A stretch of DNA of 64,000 nt from an uncultured delta proteobacterium (lineage in GTDB: Bacteria; Bdellovibrionota_C; UBA2361; OMII01). The notes beneath the pieces are model-generated. The model searched no databases, was not told the DNA's origin, and was given only the letters and a program-made list of their open reading frames with translations. Numbering within the stretch: the first letter of the stretch is position 1; each line of letters starts with the position of its first letter. Shown here piece by piece: positions 27,701 through 36,592 of this stretch. The position numbers were made by a program, and so were the translations under genes. The stretch lies in contig CAIXKI010000158.1 in NCBI GenBank assembly GCA_903920005.1, positions 6,134 to 70,133 on the forward strand. Reading direction: 5' to 3'.

Positions 27701-30132
27701 AGATTCCACTCAACACGCTCATCACCCTCACCGGAGTTTCCGGATCTGGAAAATCGACGATCGCAAAAGATATCCTCTACGCTGAGGGACAACGCCGATA
27801 TCTCGACTGCCTCTCACCGTATGCTCGTCAATTCATCAAGGAGCTTAAGAAGCCTCACATTGATGACATTTCAAACGTTCAACCCACTATCTGTGTCTAC
27901 CAACACACCTTTCAGCCATCGGCGCTCTCGACCGTGTCAACGATGAGCGAGGTGTACAACTTTCTTCGCCTACTTTTTGCTAAAGTAGGCATTCAGTACT
28001 GCCCAGATCACCCGACCGAATCTATCTCTCCCCTCTCCGCTGAGCAGATCGCCGCATATATTAAAGAGCATTACTCCGGGTCGATTAGACTTCTTGCTCC
28101 AGTTATCAACAACAAGAAGGGACACCACCGCTCCGTCTTCCAGAGAGCGATTGATACCGAGGTGTCAGAGGTGCGGGTTGACGGAGTTCTCGTGCCCCCC
28201 TCTCAATTCATCGAGAAGGGATTAGCGAAAACCAAGATTCACTCAATTGAGTTCTGCACAGCGCGCTTCTCGGTTAAAAATATGCCTACAGACCTCATCA
28301 CAGAAGGGGTCGGGCAGGCCCTCAGTATCGGCGGCGGTACCGTTATCGTGGTCACACCCTCCGGAGAGCGAGTATTCAGCTCCGAACGCACCTGTCGCGT
28401 ATGTCAGCGTGGGTTTTTCAAACCAGATCCAGAGGACCTCTCCTTTAATTCTCGCCGGGGTAGATGCTCTAAATGTGACGGGTACGGCACCGTTCGAGAG
28501 AAAGTATGCCCATCGTGCAACGGCACCCGCATTAACGAAATCGGACGCAACATCCGCCTTCTCGACAAAAACATCCACGAACTTACGGCCCTTTCAGCTC
28601 AAGAGCTGCAGAAAAGCCTCTCTAAATTAAGCCGTAACGCCACAATAGAAGCGATCGCCGATCCGATTATTCGAGAACTTGAAGGAAAATTAGCGACGTT
28701 AATCCATCTCGGGCTTGAGCATATCGCCCTTAACCGTGAGTGCGCGACCCTCTCGAATGGAGAGCTTCAGCGCCTACGACTTGGAACCGCGATCGGATCG
28801 CCTCTCTGTGGAGTGACGTACATCTTCGACGAGCCGAGCGCTGGCCTGCACCCAGCGGACAACAAGCGTCTTTTAGGAAAGCTGATTGAACTAAAAAATC
28901 GGGGCAATACCGTTATTCAGATCGAGCATGAGATAGATAATATCCAAGCGGCCGAACAGATCATAGACGTTGGTCCAGGCGCTGGCACGAACGGCGGCGA
29001 GATCGTATTTCAAGGCGCGGTTGAAGACGCGATTACCGCTCCTCGCTCTGTTACCGGCATCGCCCTTGCTCGCTCACTCACGATTCGAGAAACTCCCCGT
29101 AAAACGGCCCACAATCTCACCATCTCGAAGGCGAACAAGAATAACCTCAAAGACTTCTCGGCTTTAATTCCGCTTCAAAGCTTCGTCACAATCGCTGGAG
29201 TATCAGGAGCGGGCAAGAGCTCCCTTATTCACGGAATCGTTGGCGACGCTCTGGCGAGTGGATCAGACTCAAAGGGCGCGTTTCGCGGTAAGTGGGGCGC
29301 TGTGGCGACATCGCTCGACGTAGAGCGATTCCTCATGGTCGATCAACAACCGATCGGGAAGACCTCTCGCTCCACCCCGGCTTCGTACCTCGGAATCTGG
29401 GACGAAATTCGTAAGGTGTTCGCCGAAACCCTTGAAGCGAAATCTCGGGGATGGGGTCCAAGCTTCTTCTCCCATAACACGGGCAAAGGACGCTGTCCTG
29501 TCTGTAAGGGACAGGGAGAGCTGACGTTAGAGATGAGCTTCCTGGCAGAGGCAAAGGTTGAATGTGAAAGCTGCCTCGGCAGTCGATTCACTCCAGAAGC
29601 CGATACCGTGCTCTTCCGTGATTTAAGTATCAGCAAGTCCCTGCAACTAACCTTTGAAGAAGCACGTACGTTCTTTATCAACCACAGAAAGATCCATCAG
29701 ATCTGCAAACTCGCGTGCGATCTCGGTCTTGGGTATCTCACCCTCGGACAACCATCCTCAACCCTTTCTGGCGGAGAGAGTCAGAGACTGAAACTCGTCT
29801 CTGAGCTCCACCTCTCTCGCAAAGGGCACACGCTCTACATCCTCGACGAACCCACCACGGGGTTACACCGACTCGACGTGGACCTCCTTTTAAAGGGGCT
29901 GCACGGTCTTGTAGACCAGGGACACTCAGTACTCGTGATCGAACACGATGCTGATATGATCACGCAGTCCGATTGGGTGATTGAACTTGGACCTGGCGCC
30001 GGCGCTCAAGGAGGGAAGATTGTGTTCGAGGGACATCCTGAAAAACTTCTTAAAGCTAAGACCCCATGGGCGGCGGCTCTCACCGAGCGCATCGCTCTAC
30101 ATCGCGCGCTCGGAGCTCAGCGAGCCGCGTAG
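24751..30132 (+). CDS. uvrA: Tandemly duplicated UvrA-family ABC ATPase: a full-length UvrA-like unit fused to a shorter UvrA2-like unit in one 1793-aa polypeptide
   Basis: Four Walker A motifs (GLSGSGKSSL, GVSGSGKSSL, GVSGSGKSTI, GVSGAGKSSL) and four ABC signatures (LSGGETQR, LSGGEAQR, LSNGELQR, LSGGESQR). Zinc-finger Cys pairs appear in both halves. The first half, about 950 aa, is the size of E. coli UvrA (940 aa). The second half, about 810 aa, has about 130 fewer residues between Walker A and signature, consistent with loss of the UvrB-binding insertion. Confidence 0.85.
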   Translation: MSSRSHLIIKNARENNLKEVTLEIEHDTFVGITGLSGSGKSSLAFDTIYAEGQRRYIETFSPYTRQFFDKVKRPKVDTFENVRPAIAIQQRTRIVNSRSTVGSMTDINDFLKIVWSNVATPVCPTCGLELQRWDASKLAERLQSWSSVKSDATFLIGVAVQNEKEVLERLQMLGYSRYFDKKNGALEDLEEKPPLKKNKQASIIIDRIAPSSFSLVRVRESLEQAFSLGGGAVEILEVRKRKSRPWLRIPVTGTTQPPHEGFEAHLFKNTFHCGDGEISIERPRPSLFSYNHPIGACPECNGFGKVLVIDPHKCVPDHSKTIANHAVDCWRGNAASGEFKRLLAFCKEQGISTTSPWASLTSEQQDLIFSHKSRGYVGITPWFKWLETKKYKMHVRVFLSRYRGQNDCASCGGSRLRSDALAYKIDGKTISEISSMPLKELATWFNDLQRSLRESDRLPRQLAEVFKNILSRLTYLVSLGLPYLSLDRQSRTLSGGETQRVNLVSAVGSNLISTHFVLDEPSVGLHARDTEELIKALRDLTDRGNSLTVVEHDPDCLQAADTILELGPEAGERGGNITYYGPVDSWHGLGMRPFRAADNEPSFAKKISITNARNRNLKSISVDIPLESFVCLTGVSGSGKSSLLTEVIQNAYQLHTGVVPGENTLDAKVTGFEHVRQVLLIDQTPLSKTPRANIATYTKMWDRVRDLLAKTEDAEERGLSKSSFSFNVRGGRCPTCEGAGFIREDMQFLSDVFIECESCLGMRFQATVLECRLNGKNVHEILSMTVDAAAELFEKDLLIGSVCRVLSQLGLGHITLGHPLSDLSGGEAQRLKLVPHIMEGARGTSLFLFDEPTTGLHVRDIERLIELFCYLREQGHSILCVEHNLRLVASADWIIDLGPEGGDGGGEIVKVGTPTHFVASPIGSNGRESLTARYLKQFVDQYTQRSKPPRASGTARKKKRVREIATSIRIQGAKEHNLKNINLEIPLNTLITLTGVSGSGKSTIAKDILYAEGQRRYLDCLSPYARQFIKELKKPHIDDISNVQPTICVYQHTFQPSALSTVSTMSEVYNFLRLLFAKVGIQYCPDHPTESISPLSAEQIAAYIKEHYSGSIRLLAPVINNKKGHHRSVFQRAIDTEVSEVRVDGVLVPPSQFIEKGLAKTKIHSIEFCTARFSVKNMPTDLITEGVGQALSIGGGTVIVVTPSGERVFSSERTCRVCQRGFFKPDPEDLSFNSRRGRCSKCDGYGTVREKVCPSCNGTRINEIGRNIRLLDKNIHELTALSAQELQKSLSKLSRNATIEAIADPIIRELEGKLATLIHLGLEHIALNRECATLSNGELQRLRLGTAIGSPLCGVTYIFDEPSAGLHPADNKRLLGKLIELKNRGNTVIQIEHEIDNIQAAEQIIDVGPGAGTNGGEIVFQGAVEDAITAPRSVTGIALARSLTIRETPRKTAHNLTISKANKNNLKDFSALIPLQSFVTIAGVSGAGKSSLIHGIVGDALASGSDSKGAFRGKWGAVATSLDVERFLMVDQQPIGKTSRSTPASYLGIWDEIRKVFAETLEAKSRGWGPSFFSHNTGKGRCPVCKGQGELTLEMSFLAEAKVECESCLGSRFTPEADTVLFRDLSISKSLQLTFEEARTFFINHRKIHQICKLACDLGLGYLTLGQPSSTLSGGESQRLKLVSELHLSRKGHTLYILDEPTTGLHRLDVDLLLKGLHGLVDQGHSVLVIEHDADMITQSDWVIELGPGAGAQGGKIVFEGHPEKLLKAKTPWAAALTERIALHRALGAQRAA

Positions 30133-30208
30133 CTCTCGCCGGGCGGTGAAAAAAGCAACTATAGTAAAGTAGTTGGATCGGGTGCATTAAGAGAACCTAT
30201 AAAGTCGG

Positions 30209-31882
30209 TCACCGTAGCCCCCTTTCGCACGAAAGCACCCGATCCGAAATAGGCCCGGCACAGTGATTGTCACTATATCCACCCTCCGCAATACGAATCA
30301 GTACATCCCCCACCGCTCGTAGCGGCATCTGAAACAGGAGTATGCCCTCAGAGCTCTCGTCTAAGGTAACGAGTCCAGCTGCCATACCGACACGACGAAT
30401 CTCTGCAAGTAAGTTGTCCGAAAAACCGATCGAGGTGAACCACACGAGATCATCATCGTTACCCTTATGCCTCCGCACTTCCTCGGAGATACACTCCTTG
30501 AGAGACGCGTGCCTGGTCTGCCACAACAACGGATCCACGCATGCGTCTACCTTTGCATGCGAGAGCGAGAAATGCTCAGCAGACGGACCCATGTAGAAGG
30601 TTCGAAGGCTGTCCTTTTCCATCAAGAGATAGAGCACTCCGAAGCGCGAGGTGAAGATGGTCGACGAGCGCTCACTAAGCTGGAATAACTTCTGCGAGAT
30701 CGCTTCACTCGTTGCTCGCGTCATCGAAAAATCGGGGAGCCGCGCAAACTGTGCGCCACTGAATGCGTAGACCCCCTGAACAGCTGCGACACATCCAACC
30801 ATCACACCCCTGAGATTAAAGCGTGAGATATATCCGGCAACAAAATGGGATATGGGCAAGAGGATCGCAGGCACCAAGAAACTCATGTGGCGCGGAGACG
30901 AGAGTGGATAGACCCCAATTCCGTGCGCACCGGCGGCACACGCCACGCCGAGAAGGGAAAACAACGCAATCCAGGGACACAAACGCTGAGCTCTTCTCAA
31001 GGAAATAAAATACACCACTAGACCGATCGCTCCCGACACAATCGAGCCTCGCATGGAGAATAACGAAGCTGGCATAAAGGACAGGAGATGGAAGATCCTC
31101 GTTACAACAGTATCGATGGCGTTGAATTGCGCGCATTCGCGAAAGAGCGAGGAGCCTACCAAGGCACGCCAGGCTGCAGCTCCTGTTCCGTCCGCAAACT
31201 GCACAACGTAGACACTGCCCCCTATCCCACCAAGCGCTAACAGCGAGATCGTCAGGTGCAACAACGTTCTTCGAGAATCACGTGGCTTTCCGTATACGAG
31301 GGCGGTTGCAACTACCGCCGGCGCTACGATGAATCCCGACACGTGAGAGAGCCCGGCGAGAATGAGAAATCCGTTTAGAGCCACGACGTTTCGAGTGGAA
31401 AGAGATCTCTCATGTTGGCAGATTCTACTCATTAAAAGAACGGCGAAAGCCAAGAAGAGGAGTAGGAAGACGTAGCCTCGTAGCAAGATAGAGGTATGTG
31501 CAATCGTTGGAGACAGCACGAGGAGTGACATGAGGGTCAGTGCACCTGCGGGCGATCCGCTGCGCGAAACTGCCTTGGAAAGAGTCAGTATTGTGAGCAG
31601 CCCGACCCCACAGTAGAGACTCCTGAGTACAAGCACGTTGTCAGAGAGAAAGAAGAGTCCCGCGCGGATCAACGGCTCGAGTGGTGGGTGTACCTCGAAA
31701 GTGTTCCGACGGAGAAGCTCCGACAGTGAATCGCCTCGGGCGATTGACCACACCATCAGCTCATCGGGGCCGAGCGCGTACGTGGCGATTGCACACATTT
31801 CGACGATGAGGAAGCTGACGATCAACAACGCGTATAGAAAACGATTAGTGTATACATTGTCCGCCCTCAGAACTTTCGTCAT
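30209..31882 (-). CDS. GT-C fold glycosyltransferase, PMT_2/ArnT-like (GT39/GT83 type, lipid-linked sugar donor)
   Basis: 557-aa polytopic protein. The first periplasmic loop carries GPDE...EVHPPL, the DE motif followed by HPPL found in ArnT/PMT-family enzymes. Confidence 0.55.
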   Translation of the reverse strand: MTKVLRADNVYTNRFLYALLIVSFLIVEMCAIATYALGPDELMVWSIARGDSLSELLRRNTFEVHPPLEPLIRAGLFFLSDNVLVLRSLYCGVGLLTILTLSKAVSRSGSPAGALTLMSLLVLSPTIAHTSILLRGYVFLLLFLAFAVLLMSRICQHERSLSTRNVVALNGFLILAGLSHVSGFIVAPAVVATALVYGKPRDSRRTLLHLTISLLALGGIGGSVYVVQFADGTGAAAWRALVGSSLFRECAQFNAIDTVVTRIFHLLSFMPASLFSMRGSIVSGAIGLVVYFISLRRAQRLCPWIALFSLLGVACAAGAHGIGVYPLSSPRHMSFLVPAILLPISHFVAGYISRFNLRGVMVGCVAAVQGVYAFSGAQFARLPDFSMTRATSEAISQKLFQLSERSSTIFTSRFGVLYLLMEKDSLRTFYMGPSAEHFSLSHAKVDACVDPLLWQTRHASLKECISEEVRRHKGNDDDLVWFTSIGFSDNLLAEIRRVGMAAGLVTLDESSEGILLFQMPLRAVGDVLIRIAEGGYSDNHCAGPISDRVLSCERGLR

Positions 31883-32299
31883 CTACTTCTTTCGGAGATC
31901 AGGGCCAATCGGGAGGAAGAGCGCGTCTGGGTGATATCTCAGAGGGCTCGGTTCTTTTAGCAGCAGCGCCGGGAAACAGGCAGTAACCAAGATCCAGAAA
32001 ACCGCGATCATGTTGGACGGAACAACCGCAATGAGCTTGATAGAGTAGAGATATAAAGCCCATCCCACTAAATTCAAGTAGGCAACTCCGAGGAAGCCGA
32101 TAAATTCAGGGCTATTTGGCATGACGAGCCCTGCCCTCGCTTGCGTGGAGAAAAGCATGGCGAAGGCGCCAAGCGCGCCCCAGGTCGAGGATATGCCGAT
32201 AACGAGAAAGGTGGGCAATTCCAACCGTGCCTTCTTGAGTACAGGACCGATGCCCGCATAGCAGAGGAGTGCAATGCATGCGGTTCCATACAGAATCAT
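31883..32299 (-). CDS. Small 4-TM DMT/EamA-like membrane protein (ArnE/ArnF-like flippase subunit candidate), translationally coupled to the GT-C gene
   Basis: 138 aa with four hydrophobic helices. Its stop codon abuts the GT-C start codon (31883/31882). Confidence 0.5.
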   Translation of the reverse strand: MILYGTACIALLCYAGIGPVLKKARLELPTFLVIGISSTWGALGAFAMLFSTQARAGLVMPNSPEFIGFLGVAYLNLVGWALYLYSIKLIAVVPSNMIAVFWILVTACFPALLLKEPSPLRYHPDALFLPIGPDLRKK

Positions 32300-32513
32300 C
32301 TTCAGACGCTACATCACAGTTCCCCGATTAGGCAACGAACCAAACTCCCAAAGAGGCCCTTAGGGAAGCAAGGCAGGAGCTAACTCCGGCGGAGGTTCCG
32401 AACAAACCTCATCGGAGTCCTCTGAGATACTTTGACTATTTTCCCATGCCGCCAACGAAGCCGCCGGAAAACTATCGAAATGGACAACAGATATTCCTTC
32501 GTCACTACATGTA

Positions 32514-33410
32514 CTAAGTACCAGGTCGAGAATTCGGATAACCGTTTACTCGCTGACGAGTGCGGGTAGCTTTCAAGCAGACGCCGTAAATATCGCTACC
32601 ATTGCTCAACTCATAGGTGTGTTTTCCCCCACCTATCAGAGTCTTAATGCGAGCCAGTGAGAGGCCGTATCCCATATACCCAACATACTTTACGATGGGG
32701 ATGCGCTTGCGAGCGACAATGCGACCATTTTTCCACGTGACTTTGTTTACATACTCCCCGCCGTAGCTAATGGTTTGCATGAGTAAAATTGGCTCTCCCC
32801 GATACTTGCCATCCGAAGAGGGCTTCACCGAGGCTACCTTATCTCCCTTAAACGGATTTTCACGGACAGAGAGAACGATTGAAAATACTTGATCATATAA
32901 CTCAGGAGCTATCCCGGTAAGGTCCAGCTTCACCTGAGCAACATAGCGACTTGTTTTCGGGCCGCATGCGTCTTTTTGAAGGTGAAAATTTGCGCTGGCA
33001 TAGCCTTCACGCATGTCAGAACCGTACGTAAGGGTCGTGAAGCTTGGGGCCTCTTTCTTTTCAGGATAAGCACGAACAAGAAGGTCACTTACCGCCGTTG
33101 GCGAAGCGAGGGCACTTGCGGCAACTTCGCCACCAAGAGCTCCGCCTCGCGCAGTTCCGAGGATACCTTGTGGCCCCATGATATCTACGGTTACGTTATT
33201 GGAGACATTTCCCGTTGAAACGAAATACACCGAGAGGTTTTTTAAACTTCTCTCGCTTGGGCCCATCTGGATCTCGTACTGCCTACCGTCAGGAACTATC
33301 TCGTACGGCGCTAGCTCTTGTGCCTCAGCCCGCGAGACAAGCGAAAGCATAGAGAGGGCGAGAGCGGTGCAAAATCGATTCGTCATAAAACCTCTGTAAG
33401 AGAAGGTCAT
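32514..33410 (-). CDS. Secreted hypothetical protein
   Basis: Signal peptide CTALALSMLSLVSRAEA with no recognisable domain. The start may be the internal MTNRF. Confidence 0.45.
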   Translation of the reverse strand: MTFSYRGFMTNRFCTALALSMLSLVSRAEAQELAPYEIVPDGRQYEIQMGPSERSLKNLSVYFVSTGNVSNNVTVDIMGPQGILGTARGGALGGEVAASALASPTAVSDLLVRAYPEKKEAPSFTTLTYGSDMREGYASANFHLQKDACGPKTSRYVAQVKLDLTGIAPELYDQVFSIVLSVRENPFKGDKVASVKPSSDGKYRGEPILLMQTISYGGEYVNKVTWKNGRIVARKRIPIVKYVGYMGYGLSLARIKTLIGGGKHTYELSNGSDIYGVCLKATRTRQRVNGYPNSRPGT

Positions 33411-33998
33411 TTTTGTTTGTTATGGGAGCATTCGGTTCGGACGTGACTCTCATTTAACGCCCCCCCCTAAAAAACGGACTTCCCTCTATCGCTTCTTCAT
33501 CAATCGAAGATCGAGCGAAAGCGATGCGTGCCTAACTACTTGTTTTTCATCGCTTTTCGCGACCTTCTTTATCGCCTGAAGCAAGTTGTTGGCAGAGGGC
33601 GATAAGGGGGAAAGATTTTTGTTTTGGTTTTTATGACGATTGATAACGTACACAAGATGGTAGTCGCCCTGAACAAGTTAGGGACAGCGATCGATACTGC
33701 CTCAGCATCGTTGAATCGTCACGCTCCGCACGACGAACCCCTCCTCGCGCGAGTAGCCTCATACAAAGAGATCCTTCGCCGCCAGAAAGAGCTCCTTCGC
33801 GAGCTTACATGCGCCTCTCATAACGAAGATTGGTCTGAAGTCTCCCGCCTAACCAACTTGGTCCACGGAGCGTCGCTTCTAATCAAGGTAGATGCGGGCT
33901 TCCTCGTTTCAACCCTCAGAAACTACAATTCGACCTGCCACGCCTAAGTCATCGTACATTGAAGGGGCGCATGTTCCGGAGTAACCTCTCCCCTTGAG

Positions 33999-36074
33999 GT
34001 GACTACACAACGCACGCAATTCTTCTCCCTACTCCTCGCAGCTCTTCTGGTGCTCGGATCTCTATGCGCGCTACACCCGCAATTCTTGACCCTCATCTCA
34101 TCCCATTTTATCGGAGGGGCGTTGGGGGATGGTGGACTCTATGTTTGGCTAGCCTCTTCGTTCCACGCCGACCCACAATCCGCGCTCGCTTTTGAAACTA
34201 ACGCATTCTATCCCTATCCACGTACTCGAGCGTGGAGCGACCTCTTCTTTCTTCCCTCCGCTATAATCCACGTGCTCATATATGCGGGGCTATCGCTAGA
34301 AACCTCCTACAACATCACCGCGCTCGGAGCGATGGCGTGCAATGGAATCGGACTTTTCGTGCTCTGTCGAACATTAGCGTGCGCTTGGCTCTCCTCACTG
34401 TGCGCGGCGATCCTTTTTGCAAACTGTTCATATCTTGTTGGTAACCTTGGGCACCCTCAATTAATTCACATTTTTTGGATTCCTCTTACGTGGAGTCTAC
34501 TGCTCTCAGAGCGCCGATCCCTTCGAGAGTGGCTCCTAGCGGGAGTATGCGTAACCGGAGCGTTCTACTCCTCTGTCTACTACGCTGTATTCGCGGCGAC
34601 CGGGATCGGAGTCATCTCGATCCTCCAACTCACCTCTCGACAACGCTCTCTCCGGGAGATCCTACAAGGCTCGTTCGCGGCCGGTATTGGAATGCTGCCT
34701 ATATCGTATGCGCTTCCAGCCTACTTAGCGGTAAAGGAGACCTTCGGTTCTCGAGGGCTTCATGAAGCAGAAGCCTTTGCAGCCTCGGGGCTATCGTACC
34801 TGGCGTTCTCCTCTTTTCATCCACGATTCGGAGCCACCTCCGCGTGGACACACGGAGAGGCGACGCTCTGCATAGGATACTTCACCATGTTCGTACTTAT
34901 GGTGGGGCTTTGTAGGCTGTGTCGCCCATGGATAGCGTGGCCGCGCCTCATGCTTGCCTCAAGCGTTCTTACTCTTGGAGTATCGTCATCGCTCGTCGAC
35001 AAATCCACTACAACTGAGTGGATAACGAATATATCCGCATGGCTCACGTTACTTTTTGCGGTCCTGATCTGGCTCCGAGCTCCCTCTTCAAAAACAATCT
35101 TATTCGCACTCGGATCTCTCTTCTTTGTACTCTCATTTGGGCCGGGAGGAAGCCTTCATAAAAACGAACCTGCCTTCGCTCCATTGGCGCTCATGTACGC
35201 GATCGTTCCCGGATTCGATGTGATTCGAGCCACCGGCCGATGTGGTTCAATCGTTATCATCGGCGCGTTTGTATGCCTCGCGTGGATCTTTACAGCGTTG
35301 GAGAAAAGCGCCCTTCGCTCTCGCTACGCTCTTATCGCCTCACTGTGCGCTGCCATCGCGTTTGAGAATTTCATCCCCAACCCTCCACTCGATCCGGCGT
35401 CACTCCCGCCTCTTGCCTTCAGCGCCCTGAGTAAGCAGATCTCGCCCAAGGAAGCCGTCCTCTTTCTTCCGTTCTCAAATTCGGTGGATCGCGGCCGCAT
35501 CCAGAGCTGGTCAGACTTCGCGATCCTAAATACCCAATACGCCCAATGGACAGCGCCGCTCAACATAAAGACGGTGAATGGCTACAGCGGACAGCGATCA
35601 AAGATCATCAATGAGCTTCCGGTCGCTCTTGCTCAATTCCCCTCCGGCGACTGGCCCGATTTTCTGGGTCGTATCTGCGGAGCCTCGTGGATTATAGTTA
35701 CCCCCTTATGGTCCCCTCGGCTCACAGGCGCCCCTCTTCCCGATGGAATCGCACTTATCGAAAGGTTCCCTGACGGGAGCGCACTTCTTAAAGTATCGAG
35801 ACCCATTACCGTCACCCCAGAGACCTCCGCCCCGATCTTTGCTCCCCGCAACAGCCCGCTCTCGTTCGTAAGAGCCAATCCCTTTTGTCCGGTGACGCTA
35901 TCGAGCCTCGAGCGATCCAAGGGAGAGGTCCTTCAGTCCCCACCCTTATCAACGACCAGCTCAAACGATGGGTCGAGACTACTCCTCGGAGAGACCCATT
36001 CCCCATTGAGCACACCCCTCCTCCTTGTTGCCCACTCAGAGTCATGCGCCACCACAATTCGGTGCGAACCGTAA
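33999..36074 (+). CDS. Large polytopic membrane protein (at least 12 TM) with C-terminal periplasmic domain; possible GT-C/YfhO-like glycosyltransferase
   Basis: 691 aa with many hydrophobic helices in the first 480 aa and a soluble C-terminal 200 aa. No motif identified with confidence. Confidence 0.55.
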   Translation: MTTQRTQFFSLLLAALLVLGSLCALHPQFLTLISSHFIGGALGDGGLYVWLASSFHADPQSALAFETNAFYPYPRTRAWSDLFFLPSAIIHVLIYAGLSLETSYNITALGAMACNGIGLFVLCRTLACAWLSSLCAAILFANCSYLVGNLGHPQLIHIFWIPLTWSLLLSERRSLREWLLAGVCVTGAFYSSVYYAVFAATGIGVISILQLTSRQRSLREILQGSFAAGIGMLPISYALPAYLAVKETFGSRGLHEAEAFAASGLSYLAFSSFHPRFGATSAWTHGEATLCIGYFTMFVLMVGLCRLCRPWIAWPRLMLASSVLTLGVSSSLVDKSTTTEWITNISAWLTLLFAVLIWLRAPSSKTILFALGSLFFVLSFGPGGSLHKNEPAFAPLALMYAIVPGFDVIRATGRCGSIVIIGAFVCLAWIFTALEKSALRSRYALIASLCAAIAFENFIPNPPLDPASLPPLAFSALSKQISPKEAVLFLPFSNSVDRGRIQSWSDFAILNTQYAQWTAPLNIKTVNGYSGQRSKIINELPVALAQFPSGDWPDFLGRICGASWIIVTPLWSPRLTGAPLPDGIALIERFPDGSALLKVSRPITVTPETSAPIFAPRNSPLSFVRANPFCPVTLSSLERSKGEVLQSPPLSTTSSNDGSRLLLGETHSPLSTPLLLVAHSESCATTIRCEP

Positions 36075-36119
36075 CCTTGTGGGTTGATAGTTTGCCGGGG
36101 TACTGGTAAACCGACCGAT

Positions 36120-36551
36120 ATGCGGAACTACCTATTCCTGCCCTCTCTGCTCTTATGCGTTGTTCTCTCCTATCTTCCAACGTACGGGACGGTCGAGGCA
36201 GAGGATTCCGGCAATGCGCTCATCCCTGGACAAGCGCAAATGATCACCATATCTGACGGGGGCATTGAGCCCCTTAACCTTATTCTTAAGAAAGAGGACG
36301 CGCTCGCCTTATTCCTTAACGACTCCAAAGATTCCCTTATCACGTTGGACCTCGTCTACGAAAAGCGCGCGGCTCACTGCTCCTCCTCGAATCTCGCAAT
36401 CGGTGAAGACGGAGTAATTCGCTCAAAAGAGCCGATTCCGCCGAAGGACTTCGCGAGCACCTGTTTTCACGATCCCGGATCCTACGCCTTCACAATTTAT
36501 GGACTTAAGGGATCGCCTGCGGGGATAAAGGGTTCGATCACTGTTGAATAA
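36120..36551 (+). CDS. Small secreted hypothetical protein (beta-sandwich/cupredoxin-like guess)
   Basis: Signal peptide MRNYLFLPSLLLCVVLSYLPTYG followed by a small soluble domain. Confidence 0.45.
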   Translation: MRNYLFLPSLLLCVVLSYLPTYGTVEAEDSGNALIPGQAQMITISDGGIEPLNLILKKEDALALFLNDSKDSLITLDLVYEKRAAHCSSSNLAIGEDGVIRSKEPIPPKDFASTCFHDPGSYAFTIYGLKGSPAGIKGSITVE

Positions 36552-36592
36552 TCCGACTCGGCTAGGCCTCGAGTTCTGGAGGAGAGGAGAAT

